Made by a program: the position numbers and the translations under genes. From the NCBI GenBank assembly GCA_964106915.2, contig OZ066915.1: a DNA stretch of 64,000 bases; one strand, given 5' to 3'. The stretch's first letter is position 1. The number at the start of each line of letters is the position of its first letter. This DNA comes from Podarcis gaigeae (Eukaryota). Below are positions 51,106 through 63,973 of the stretch, piece after piece. The notes beneath the pieces were generated by a model, which had not been told where the DNA came from, searched no databases, and saw only the letters and a program-made list of their open reading frames with translations.

Positions 51106-52494
51106 TATATATTTTTCCTTCTGGAGGTTAAAAGCCTGGAACTTGGACTAAGATCATTATCTGTCAAGGACCAGGACAGACTGCCATATTCACAGCCATG
51201 TATCCCTGAAATATCAAAGTCCATCACCAAGATGCAAAAATAAAATAAAATTGTAAGCTGCTTTGGGAGCCAATCTTCTTAAAAATATATTTCAGCCTCC
51301 AACTTTATTTGCCCATGTATTTCAGCAAGCTTTACAGCTTTGCTGGATTTTAGTGGGGGACTTATTTATTTAATACAATTATTTATGTCCAGCTTTTCAG
51401 GCTTCAAATCTTTCCATGGTAAACTACAAGTAACAAAGATCCATGAATGAAATCAAAGGTTTTGTTGGAGTTTCTTTGTCAGTCTGTTTTTTATGATTTT
51501 ATTGAATCAGGTTTAATTTTTATGCCATTCTGAGTTCTGTTATTATCTTCTAAAATGACTAAATAAAGCAGGATACAATAATAATTAATTATATAATGCA
51601 ACAGGGATCCCTGATGACTCAGGGATGATTATGATAGCTACTGCAATACCACTAGGACTGATTGATTAAGATTAAGAGATATTTAAATGTAAATCACATT
51701 TCCCATTTTGAATTTCATACATGCATGCAAATGCTACAATTGCACACACTCATCAGTAAGTCAATCTAAGTGAACTAAGTAGGATTTATGGAAGATCATG
51801 CTGACAAGTGTCCAAATTTTCCCAGAAGCAATGTTATTGAACAAAATAATGTCTTCCCAGTGTGGAGTATAAATGACCATGCTATTTGTTTGATAGAATC
51901 ATAAATATAAATAATCTGAAACTGAACACATAGCTGAGTTTAGGTACATGGACAGCATAAAACAGGACTACAAACTCAGTGGATGATCCTGCTGTCATAT
52001 AAGTCTGGTTTGCACATCTTACCAAGCCAAATTACGGTTTAGTAGGAACACAATGGCTCCTAAAATGGCAATAGCCACCATTTGGCTCCTCCCTCCTAAG
52101 TCATGGCTTGTCATGCTGTCCAACCCCACACCTATGGTTTAGCTTTCTGAGACAAGCTGAGAGCTATAATCCACAGGACAAAACTTGGTTAAAGCTCATA
52201 GCTAATATGGAGAGCTAAAACACAAGGCCAAGTTTAATCAAAATGCTAAGCCATGCCATGGCTTAGTGCAGCGCAGCAGAACAAACAGAAAGTATCTGCA
52301 ATCTCTTCTCCCAGAGCTCAAGCATCCAAGTTAACCCACAGTCTGGCTTAGCATTTTATAACTGAAATAGCTCTACGCTGTTTGAACTCCTATCAGTTCC
52401 AGCCAGCATGGCCAATGGGTCAGGGCCTGTACAACTTACTGTCAAACAACATCTGAAGGTCCTGTGATCTTCCGGTGAAGTGAGGGAATAAATG

Positions 52495-52522
52495 TAATTA
52501 ATTAATTAATTAATTAATTAAT
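52495..52522. repeat. (TAAT)7 self-complementary tetranucleotide repeat
   Basis: Read directly. Confidence 0.9.
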
Positions 52523-52854
52523 GATACTAGCTATCAGAATAGTAAATACAGGACTTGACTTGATAAGATGTCTAGATTATGAACCAGTGCCTTGAGGCAG
52601 CAATGGGTTGGACAAGGGACAAAAAACTTAAGTGCACTCCAGACAAGGCATTTGTGCTCCTAATCAGGAAGGAGATAGGCTATGCTATAGGATTCAAGCT
52701 GTTTTGGACAAGGTTGAGGACTTGAAAACATCAAGTTCTGAGTTTGGGACTGCTGGATGACTAGGTGACAGCAGTGGTCAGCTTAGACTTGTGCATGAAC
52801 CTTGTCCATTCCTGACTACAGGAACTCATGCCTTTGTTAAATCAAGGTTTAGCA

Positions 52855-53415
52855 AATGCACTGCCTACCACAGCCATTCCCAGTCAAATTTAAAGTGCTG
52901 GTTTTAACCTTTAAAGCCAGGGTGGGGAGCCTTTGGCCCTCCAGATGTTGCTGAACTACAACTTCCATCAGCCACAGAAGCATGGCTAATAGCCAGGTAT
53001 GGTGGGAGCTGTAGTTCAGCAACCTATGCAGGGCCAAAGGTTTCCCACACTTGCCTTAAGCATAACTGGGCCAATTATTCAAAGGACCACCTGCACCCAT
53101 ACCAACCTGCCTGCACCTTAAGATCAATGATAGGGCCTCTTGTTGTTTATCTGCCACTAAGTTGGTGGGTACAAGGGACAGGGCTTTCTCTGTGGTGGCC
53201 CCACAACTTTAGAAGACACTGCCAACTGACCTACCTTTATAAAGCCACTACATTTCAGGTCTTCAGAAAGGCTTTGAAGATCCAGTTTTTTTCATGGGCA
53301 GATCTAAAAGTGTCACTCTATGCTGCCACTGAGTTTCCTTGGCCAATGGTCTTATATTGCTGGTTTTCTTAATGTTATATTGCATTCAATTTTATTATCA
53401 CTGGAATAGTTTTAC
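52855..53415 (+). mobile_element. Old L2 LINE 3' fragment (interrupted by a hAT MITE)
   Basis: CAAATTTAAAGTGCTGGTTTTAACCTTTAAAGCC (FKVLVLTFKA) and GGACAGGGCTTTCTCTGTGGTGGCCCC (DRAFSVVAP) L2 ORF2 motifs. Confidence 0.7.
52918..53053. mobile_element. Fold-back hAT-type MITE
   Basis: Long inverted arms CAGGGTGGGGAGCCTTTGGCCCTCCAGATGTTGCTGAACTACA / TGTAGTTCAGCAAC...AGGGCCAAAGGTTTCCCACACTTG. Confidence 0.75.
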
Positions 53416-53417
53416 TC

Positions 53418-54064
53418 AAAAGGTAAAAGGTAGAGGGACCCCTGACCATTAGGTCCAGTCGTGGCTGACTCTGGGGTTGCGGCGCTCATCTCGTTTTATT
53501 GGCCGAGGGAGCCGGCATACAGCTTCCGGGTCATGTGGCCAGCATGACTAAGACGCTTCTGGCGAACCAGAGCAGCACACGGAAACGCCATTTACCTTCC
53601 CGCCGGAGCAGTACCTATTTATCTACTTGCACTTTGACGTGTCCAGCGCCGAGGGCCTTCTGGCAGTTCCCTCATTGCGAGAAGCAAAGCTACAGGGAAC
53701 CAGGCAGAGGGCCTTTTCGGTAGTGGCACCCGCCCTGTGGAACGCCCTTCCAGCAGATGTCAAAGCGATAAACAACTACCTGACATTCAGAAGACATCTT
53801 AAGGCAGCCCTGTTCAGGGAAGTTTTTAACGTGCGATATTTTACTGTATTTTTGGTTTCTATGGAAGCCGCCCAGAGTGGCTGGGGAGGCCCAGCCAGAT
53901 GGGCGTCGTACAAATAATAAATTATTATTATTATTTTCGAACTGCTAGATTGGCAGGAGCAGGGACCGAGCAACGGGAGCTCACCCTGTCACGGGGATTC
54001 GAACCGCCAACCTTCTGATCAGCAAGTCCTAGGCTCTGTGGTTTAACCCACAGCGCCACCTGCC
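53418..54064 (-). mobile_element. Sauria SINE split by an L2 insertion
   Basis: Reverse-complement tail AAAGGTAAAAGGTA at left and head CCACAGCGCCACC at right; SINE sequence stops at 53641 and resumes at 53935. Confidence 0.9.
53642..53934 (+). mobile_element. Young 5'-truncated L2 LINE 3' end
   Basis: Open frame ...GTRQRAFSVVAPALWNALPADVKAINNYLTFRRHLKAALFREVF (L2 ORF2 C-terminus), 3'UTR and (ATT)n tail. Confidence 0.85.
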
Positions 54065-54180
54065 TATAAATTTTTAATAAATACTTGTGGGATCACCTCC
54101 TCCCGAACCATCCAGCTTCCTCAGATCAGGAAGGGCCCTTCTCTGCATCCTAACTAGAATAGAGGCTCAGTAGATGGCAC

Positions 54181-54657
54181 AAAAGAAGCAAAGATCACCA
54201 GTGTTGAAGCAATGATTCTTCAACATCAACTTTGTTGGACTGGTTGGATGCCTGGTTATCGTCTTCCAAAACAACTACTCTATTCCCAACTTTAAAATGG
54301 AAAGTGTAAATCTGGTGGTCAACGAAAGAGGTTTAAAGATGCTCTCAAGGCAAATCTTTTAAAATGTAGTATAAACACCGACAATTGGGAAACACTGGCT
54401 TGCGGGCGCTCAAATTGGAGAACAGCCATTACCAAAGGTGTCATGAACTTTGAAGATGAACTCAAGACAAAACAAGCCAAGAGGAAGGCACGTTTGGCAA
54501 ACCCTCGCCATAATAAAACTCCCATCCGGAAACCTATGTCCCCACTGTGGAAGGACATGTGCATCCAGAATTGGCCTCCAGACACTTACAGACTCACTGT
54601 TAAAACCATATTGATGGAAGACAATCTTACTCAGCTATGAGTGATCGCCAAAGAAGA
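54181..54657 (+). mobile_element. RTE-clade LINE 3' fragment
   Basis: Degenerate TSVEAMILQHQL.W...RLPKQLLYSQL...GGQRKRFKD.LKA...NWETLA..RSNWR and a terminal CPHCGRTC...H zinc-finger-like motif; AAGAAGA tail. Confidence 0.8.
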
Positions 54658-55264
54658 CCTCTCTGGCTGGATATCACCAGCTGACAAAGACATTTTTAAC
54701 CTGGCAGACTTCTACCTTCCAAACACCTTATGTAAAGGTCATGGTTTACCTCTGATCTCTGCCACTGTTCTATTTTCAATTTTTTCAATTTTATTTTAGG
54801 ACCCTGCAAATTTAATTTACTGCAGGTTGCCCTGAGTAGTGCCTATTTTGGATAGGATATAGATATATAGCATAAAAACTAGAAGCCAGATTTAAAAGTG
54901 AAAGGAAGTGTGTAAGCTGAAGAAAACCAACAGGGAGGCAAAATAAAATGGTTTTGGCAGCATGTCAAAATACCAAAAAAACAGCACACCAGACAGACCA
55001 TCCAGGGTTGGGAGTTTTACAGCCTGAGCATCACAACTGAAAAGGCCCTGGCCCACATCTTAGCAAATCAGAAGGCCACTTATGATGCCTGCAATGAGCA
55101 GGCAGCCAGGTTCATGAAGGCAGCCCTTCATATCTCTGATACCAATCACATTCTGCAATCCAGGTACAACACAGAAGTGCACAAATGGGGACCTATCATT
55201 TTTGCATGCAACACACTTTTTTCTCAAAGGAAAGCAGTTTACTCACCTGTGGACCCTGCCTACG

Positions 55265-55830
55265 ACACAAGCACAATTATTCATGCTTTGGTAACCTCAA
55301 GACTAGATGACTGCAATGCACTCTATATGGGGCTACCCATAGGCCGGATCCAGAGGCTCCAACTGGCGCAAAATGCTCTGCCTAGGCTGTTGACCATGAC
55401 AGATTATCACCAGCAAATAACTGTGGTGATCAAAAGTTTGCACTGGCTGCCCATACACTACTAGGTCAGGTTCAAGACTTGCATTAATTTACAAGGCCTT
55501 TAATAATTTGGGTCCAGGATACCTTAAGACTTATATACCTCAATCCCTTATATTTCAGCAAAGTCACCAAGGTCACTATTAGTAGTCCCCCATGGGTCAG
55601 ATGCATGACTCATATCCATCAGGAGTTGTGTGTTTGGTACTGTGGTCCCAATTTTATGGACTTCTCTCCCAACTGGTTGAACTTCTGGCACTTACTGAAG
55701 ACTTTTATTCCAGCAGTAATTTAAATGAAAATCTGATTTTATAGTTTTAACTGATTTTTACCTTTTCTGAATTGGTATTTATTATATACTGCTTAGAATC
55801 AATTGAAGATTGTTTAGATAAATAAAATGA
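55265..55830 (+). mobile_element. Degenerate L2 LINE ORF2 3' fragment
   Basis: TIIHALVTSRLDDCNALYMGLP...LQLAQNA..RLLT...LHWLP motif typical of L2 ORF2, with stops downstream. Confidence 0.85.
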
Positions 55831-58800
55831 ATTTTGTACTTCACTATTCACACTTGACTATAACCTTCCAAATGCAGCCAATATATGCCAAAATAGCAAA
55901 GAACAGTTTGGTGGAAAACCAGACTATGTATACATGGGTCTCCCCCAGCAAGTAACAGAAAGAAGAAAAAGAGATGTCTGTATTTGCAATGCCTACTGTA
56001 AACACTAGAATTAGACTATGAAAATGACAACTATATTCCCAGTTTACTTAGTGCCCCTAAATTCTAACTTGTATTGTATTATGCACTCATAATCTGACTA
56101 CCCAACTAAAAAGTGCTGTGTATTGACAGAATAGCATGTGTTCTGAATACTGTTTCCCACGCTCCCGATAGTCTACATTTTCCACTGACAATGCAATTTG
56201 CTAGTAGAAATACCCACTTGAGATTTCAACATATCAGTGTCATGAATTCCTATTTCATTTGACTTAGCACTACAAGAAACCATTATATATGAGCTGTCTT
56301 TTATATGAACTGTCAGCACGACAGAATTCCTAAGTTTCTATAAATTGATCTATTAAAATGTTTCTAGCCCACCTTTTATCCATAATGACATTCAAGTCTT
56401 TACTCAAAATACCAATCATTAAAAACAAAACAAGTATTAAATGGCATATTGGGCAACAATATAGTATCACTAAGCACAGAACAAAACTCCAACATTTATG
56501 TATTCAAGGTTCGGTAAAAGCCTTATATATGCAAAACCAGGAAATAAAAAATAGTAAGAATCAAATCATGATTTGCTATACAAGTCACTGCTACAATACA
56601 CTATACAAACTAAAAACATATTTAAAGATAAAATATTTTTCACTTCAAATGTACTTCTATACACTTCTTTGAGCAAGAATCTTAGGGAATAAATATAAAG
56701 TAGTTTTATTTTTCATATTAGAAAAAAATGCATACTGGTTTAAAGTATTATTAAAAATGTGCAGTAACAGTTGCACTGCCACATATTTAAAACAAGCTAA
56801 AAAGCAAGGTAACAGAAATTTCAATATGTGAAGAAAGACAAAGATTTGTTGCACCTTGATAAGAGTTCAACTAGATGACCCTCAGGATCCCTTCCTGCTC
56901 AACAATATGAAATAGTCTCTAAAAAGAAATAAAATTCTCAACCTAGATTATTCTTAAGTTTAGAACTTGAAGAGATAATCACCAGTAAAACCAGAATTTT
57001 ACACTCCAAGCCATTTTAAAAGGCAGTATCAGCATTCATTGCAATAAATATCTCTTCAAACCTAAGCAACTCATCCTATGAGGCCTGTAAAAAACAACAA
57101 CACAGCACAAACTACTTGTGATAACAAGTTTTTAGACTCAATCCTTTCGTCCTTTATTAGAAATGCATGTCACATCCGATTAAGTTACAGAGGAAAGTGT
57201 GGTTGCACTTAACAGCTTTCTGCTTCCATACAGATGAATTTAAGAAGCGTACACGAACAGAACAATCTAACTTGTTCATAGGAGTGCTACACTTCCATGT
57301 CTGTCATTCCTGTAAGCCAATCATTACACTAGATCTGTCAACTTGCAGGCTTATAAAATTTCTTACCAGTTAAAAATGAAACAAGGGGTGGGACTTCCAC
57401 TATCAACTTTGTCTGAAGTATCACTGCCTTTCTAAAAATGCAGGATGATTTCTAGGCCTTAAACCTAAGTTTTCAGCAGAAAATCACCCAATCCAAGCCT
57501 CTAGTGTTACTTTTCCAGTTTCACTGAGTTAACTTCACTGAAACTTAACTTTTATGACATACTTTTTTAAAAAATAGTAATTTTTCTCTTTCTAGAAAAT
57601 TCTCCCCATCCTGAGAAATATCCTTTGTCCCGATTACAGATGTGGTTTAATCTGCCAAAAGGGCAGCATGAAAGCACAGTAACGTTAAGCTCTGATTCTA
57701 GATCTGTGCACGTCTCTGAAGGTCACAAAATATTTGCTATGCTATGCAACGGAACTGAAAAAAGTGTACAACTACTTTCTATGTGCTCGGTACTTTTCCT
57801 TTTCATAAAAAATCAATCATAAGAATATCCTGAGGATTATACACTTTTACCTACTTAATTTCTTCTGAAGATAAAATAAACCATAATGAAATAATACTAC
57901 TGCCTCTTGAAAAAAGTAAATGAGGTGCTGTCATAAAATGGACATTGATTATTTGACATTAAGTATAGCTTAAAACTATAGGCACTACTCATTTTCAACA
58001 GTTGCCAGTTTACATGTACAGTAAGAGAAGTTTAAAACGATTTGAAACCAGAGTATGTTTAACTTGTGTATAGAAGTCATTTTGCAAGAACTAAACCTAA
58101 AGCTAGTTCAAACTGCAGGTTCTCTTTAAATGTAAATCATGTTAAAGAACTTGTTGCTTGCTTTCATTTTCTTGGCAAACTTGTGTCTAAAGCCCCTCAA
58201 ACATTTCACTTACAGTTGAGTCAAGATGCAGAAGTGATTGTACTTTTCAAAAACAAATGGCTAGGATTTGAATTGAGTCTGTTTCCAGAAGACTGGCTGC
58301 TAGCTTGCAAGGGACATTTTATAAATCCGAGTGATCAGAACAATGGCCTCCCAAACAACATGGAGTCAGAACACACCTCGCTGGAGTTTTGAAGATGAGC
58401 AGAACTGCTCAAACTTCAAAGCATTAATTAGGGTGGCTCTGGAGCACAAGTGCTACAGATTCATTTTGCTACCTGCCCGTCTTCAAATTCTCCATCAGAC
58501 AAGGCACGGTGAGAGCACCAACCTCCCCTTCTTCCCATTTTATGGGATGGGGAAAGAAATGGGTCCTGAGATTGGGGGGGGGGGAGGAAAGGGGGGGGAG
58601 ATGCATAAAGGCAAAAGTGCTCACAAGACCAGCAGTGGAGAATACAGCCTTAGGAACGCTGGAAAAACGAAATTATGATTGCATCTCCCAGTTTAGCCTT
58701 TGCTATTCATTAGGACATCTATGATAGTGGATGGGAGCCTTCGGATGTTCCAGATCACCCTCATCTGGTTTTCAAAGCTTGACAGGTATGTATAAATAGA

Positions 58801-59537
58801 AAAATCCCCGTAGAGATTGAGGACATCAGGGCGCTTACGAAGTCCTCCCCTTTGCCAGCTCAAGGCACCCTGCTAAGGAGGAGGCGCGGAGGCGACTTAA
58901 GGCCTCTTGGAGGGAGGGGGAGACCCCCGGCCAACGCCGAAGCGGCAGAAACTTTTTGGCCCCGCTCGGGCGGCTATTAATGGCCAGCGGGGAGCCCGCT
59001 TGTTCCCAGGAAACTCGCCGCACCTCCTCTCCCCGCCCAAGCCACCGACACCGCCAGCTTTTGACGACATTTTGCGGATATGGAGAGACACAGATTCCCT
59101 CCCTCTGAACTCCGTCAAGCCACAACCAAGAGGGCAAAACCTGCTGCCATCTTAAGAGTGCTGCCCCTCCCCCCCTTCAAACACCAAAAAAAAAGACCCC
59201 CCAAACCCCACTGGAGCTGCGAAGAACCGAGGAGAGGAAAACCTGGCGCTTCAATGGCAAGGAGAAGCAGCCTCGGAGCTGGGCACCGCTTCTTGGGCGC
59301 CCTGGTGCCAGAGGAGCCCCGGGGGAAGGGCCCCTATTAGTGTGGGCCAACGGTGGGGGGGAGAGAGATGGCAAGAGGGTGCAGAAATGGCCAACCCAAA
59401 GGAGGGGGCCGCAAGGTGGCAGAGGAAAAGGGGCACTATGTCAGGGGAGAAGATGCAAGGGGGCGCTGGCGCAACGTGGGGCTGGCCAGGGGGGGAAAGG
59501 CAGGGGCCGGCGGGGCAGTGTGGACAGCAGCCCCTAG

Positions 59538-60043
<506 letters not shown>

Positions 60044-60232
60044 GGCGGCGGCGGCGGCGGCGGGGACCGGACTTGGCTTGCTGGAGGCGGCGGCGGTGCA
60101 GAGCGAGCGGCCCGGGCGAGGCAGGAGCGAAGAGTTGCGGGGTGGGAAGTGATGGCCAATGTGATCCGACTAAGACGGGGCGGGCTGTTTGGTCTGGCTG
60201 GCTGGCTGCTGCTGCAGTTGCACGGCGGCTCT

Positions 60233-60286
60233 TCAGGGGGGAGTTGTGTGGGTTCGTGGGGGGCTCATGGCTGCTGCGGCCGCCAT
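60233..60286 (-). promoter_or_regulatory. uORF2 MAAAAAMSPPRTHTTPP* (two ATGs)
   Basis: ATG 60286, internal GCC ATG 60268, TGA 60235-60233; assumes the TSS lies upstream. Confidence 0.6.
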
Positions 60287-60295
60287 GTGCTGCTC

Positions 60296-60307
60296 TCACA
60301 GCGCCAT
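60296..60307 (-). promoter_or_regulatory. uORF1 MAL*
   Basis: GCC ATG GCG CTG TGA with strong Kozak context (-3 G, +4 G). Confidence 0.55.
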
Positions 60308-60692
60308 GGCTCAGGGGATCCGGGCTGCTGTCGCTGCGGCTCCTACTGCCTGCCGGGGGAAGGGAGGAAGGGAGGGAAAAGAGAGAGAGCGCGGGAGGGG
60401 AGGGAGGACGGCGAGGAGGAGGAGGAAGGGAAGGGAAAGGAGAGGAAGGGGGCAGCGGCACACGGCGCAGGAAGCCAACCCACTCGCCGTCGCGGAACAG
60501 GCGGGACTTGGCCCGGGCAAGCGGAGCCGCTCACACCGCCCGCCCGCCTTGCTGGGCGGCAAGTGGGACCAAGGCAGGGCGCCGCCTCCCGGCCTCTCCA
60601 CTCCGCCTAGCGGGAAGGGAGGGCTGGCCGGGCCGCCTCCCCCCTCTCCCTTCTGGCGCCCGCCGTCCTCGACCCGGCCTGCTACCCAAGCG

Positions 60693-60713
60693 GCCGCCGC
60701 CGCCGCCGCCGCC
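60693..60713. repeat. (GCC)7 trinucleotide repeat in the CpG island
   Basis: Read directly. Confidence 0.9.
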
Positions 60714-62523
60714 CCTGCAGCTGGGACCCGCTCGGATGCCGGGGCCTGTTGCATAACCCAGGCATGCGCACGGCAGGGCAGGCGGGAAGAAGGCGAAGCG
60801 GAGGATTGGACCGGGAAGGGCCTCGCAAGCGGAAATGGAGGGAGGGGGGCTTGCGAGGGGAGGGAAGCGGGGGCTGCCGGGGAGGAGGCGAGGGGAGGGG
60901 GCTCGCGGCGGAAAGACGGCGGCAGGAGGAGGAAGCGGCGCCGCGGGGAGGGGTTCGAATCTGGCACTGGCGAGGGGGACACGCAGCCACAGCCAGGCGG
61001 ACGGGGTGTTCGCCCCGGACACAGACAGGAAGCTTCGGACACGTTGCGACACAACCCTACGCTCATTTACACGAGAGGAAGCCCCCATTTTCCTCGCTGA
61101 GGCTTACTCCCACTCCACCCCCCACCGTAAATATGGATTGCCACCTTGAAGACTTAGTGCTTTTATGGGCGTACACACTAGCTAACCCACGCCGGTCTTT
61201 TGAGGTGCCACAGTGCCTTTCCTGCGTGCTTGGACTGCACTATATACCACATACTAGGATTGGCATGTGCAGTGCAGTCAGGGGCCCACACAATGATGTG
61301 TCAGACAGATGTCAATAAAAGGAGACAGGTATCACTCCCAGGTTGTTATCCTCACACCACCCACCACCAAGAGAACCAGACAACTCTCACAGGAACATTT
61401 CACGTATTGCCTTTTTAGATGTATTGCTACAAATTTAAAGGATGACAAATGCATGTGTCATATAAAGGTACATTAGTCAGGGAGCAGTTAGTGGCTGCAC
61501 TTCCTTGTTCAGGGGTACTCTCTGTGCTTTGTATGAAGTGTGAAATGGCTCCTATTTTAGCAAGCGATGATACTAATTTTCACCGCTTATTAAACAGGGA
61601 TTGATGGGTTCCTAAGGTCAAGTCAGAATCTATCTAGATGTAATGACTGTGTGCCCTTTTACATATTAAAACTCATTGGTCAAGGCCCAGACCTTGCCAT
61701 ATGATTAAAACCATGAACGTAAAACCTCCTTATGAGCATGGTTTTTAATACCACGATTTCAACTGCAAATATGTGCTTGGATGCCTGATTCTATGTACCA
61801 TTGTTTCAATAGTCTTAAGCAGAAATAACTGCACAGGATTGGAGTATACATACCTCCCACAGAAATAAAAAAGCTTGGGGGAGGGACTTCAATTTACTGA
61901 ATTGTACTCTTGATATGTTTCTAGCTCTGCACTGCCAGAAATAAAAGTGACATAAAGGGGGCTGCCATATCTAAGACATTTTGAACAAAATATCTTTAAT
62001 ATTATTTATACTGTTAACAGCATTTATAGCAGGTAGGTCACCTACATTACTATAGTTTACTAAATGTTCAAAAGGAAAAGTCAGCAGAAGTTGTTACCTC
62101 TTTCTGACTGTTCAGATAATAGGCACTTCATATATAAATTCTAGTGAGCAGGGGAACCCTGATTCTCACTTTATTTTAAATGTTCATTTAAGATAATTCA
62201 GTGAAATATAGGGGATGGAGGCCAGACTGGAAAGAAGCTAGCTAGGTGAACCTGAAAGAGAATAACTCCATATCACACCTGTAAACCACGTGCTCAGTGG
62301 GTTTATATAAAGGAATCTGGTTGATAACTGAAGGAGAAAAAAGCATCTCAAAGAAGCTTTAAATTGAAAAGCAAGGGAGGGGAGGGACGATATTAAAAAG
62401 TCAATGATGAGAAGTTGAAGCAAATTGATAGAGAAGAAATGTGTGTGGAAGTGAATGAGACTGAAGATGATACAGCAAAACAGTAGTTGCTTTTCTTCAA
62501 AAGAAATACATGATAAGTACGGT

Positions 62524-62670
62524 ACCTAAGAAGAGTCCTGCTAGATCAGACCAAAGGGCCATCCAGGCCAGCATTGTCTTCTTACTGTGTCCAACCAGTT
62601 ATCAATGGAAGTCTGCAAGCAGAATCTGAGTGCAACACCACTATTCCTACTTGGGATTTCTAGCATCTAG
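62524..62670 (-). mobile_element. SINE/CR1-like 3' tail fragment
   Basis: TAAGAAGAGTCCTGCTAGATCAGACCAAAGGGCCATCCAGGCCAGCAT resembles a common squamate retroposon tail in reverse. Confidence 0.55.
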
Positions 62671-62671
<1 letters not shown>

Positions 62672-62719
<48 letters not shown>

Positions 62720-63970
62720 TTCACATCAAATAAACACATAAAATAGTTTTAAAACAGTACCAAAAAACCCCTGAAGATGGGTTTAAAAACAATACAAAAT
62801 AAGGCCGAGACCTTTTCATCTGAAAAAAACATGATGAAATAAAAACATTCGCTGTTTCATGTCTTATCTGTCATATCTTAACAGGAATGTTCTACAGAAC
62901 AAGAGCAGCCACACTGAAGCCCTGCCCCAAGTTACTGTGGAATGGGCTTCTGACATTTTAAGGACTTAAAAGGAGAAACTCCTGCGGAATGTTGTGACCT
63001 CCTGGATATACAAGGGATAGAGTGGTCTCTCAAGTAACCTGGTCCTGTGTAGGGTCTTTCATGTTGTTACCAAAACATTAAACTTGGCCTGATAGCAGAT
63101 TGCCAGCCAGTGCAAATTCCATTAAAAAAGATGTTACATGCTGGGAGTAGTTTGCCCTCACAAACAACCTAGCTGCCGTGTTCTGCTCTAGCTGCAGTTT
63201 CTGGACCAGCCTCAAGGGTAGCCCCTCACAGAGCAAATTCCAGTAACCTAACCTTGTGGTTACTTAGGCATAGACAACTGTGATCAAGCCATACTCATCC
63301 AGAAATGGCTGTAGCTGCCATACCAGTTGAAGCTGGTAAAAGGCAGTCCTAGCTACTGAGGACTTTTGTACAGCAAGCACCTTCTAGAGCTGGATCTAGG
63401 AGCACTTGCAGACTATGCACCTGTTCCTTCTGGAAGAGAGTAACTTCATAGAGAAGAAGCAACTTGCCTACTTCCCAGACCTGGAAGTCACTCATCCACA
63501 GAGCGTCCATCTTGCCAAAATTAAGACACAGTTTATTAGTCCTCAGCCAGCCCATCACTCCAACCAGCCACTGATCCAGGGCCTGCGTGACCATTTCTGA
63601 TTAGCGGTGGCACATCACTCCAGATCTCCTGATTACTGTTCCCAGCAGCTTCATACAGATCCTAAATAACATTGGAGACATACTACCCTGTGGCACTCCA
63701 AAATTGGGTGGACAAGAGACACTCATCCAGTGCTATCATCTGGAACTATCCCAAGACCAGAAACAATGCACAACAGTGTCCCTGATACGTGGTTTCTCTT
63801 GGAAACCATAGTTGATGGACTCAAAAGCTGACAAGAGATTGAGAAGGAGCAGCTCCCTTCTGATAAAGACCATCCACTGGGGTGACTGTGGCAGACTCAG
63901 TCCTGAACCCAAGTCTCAACCAAGATTAGAAAGAGGCTAGATAATCTGTTTCCTCTAAGAATGCCTGCAA
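62672..63970 (-). mobile_element. Degenerate L2 LINE with (AAT)16 tail (62672-62719)
   Basis: Minus-strand RT-region remnant LDQWLVGVMGWLRTNKLCLNFGKMDALW, with further degenerate ORF2-like sequence towards the tail; microsatellite tail at the element 3' end. Confidence 0.8.
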
Positions 63971-63973
63971 CTA

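Noticed and set aside
13720-52360. Many degenerate palindromic relics (e.g. near 13740-14070, 14570-14740, 21640-21830, 22690-22880, 24545-24740, 30960-31190, 34620-34670, 46230-46500, 49830-49880, 52010-52360)
   Set aside because: They look like old squamate MITE families, but boundaries and family identity cannot be fixed without a repeat library.
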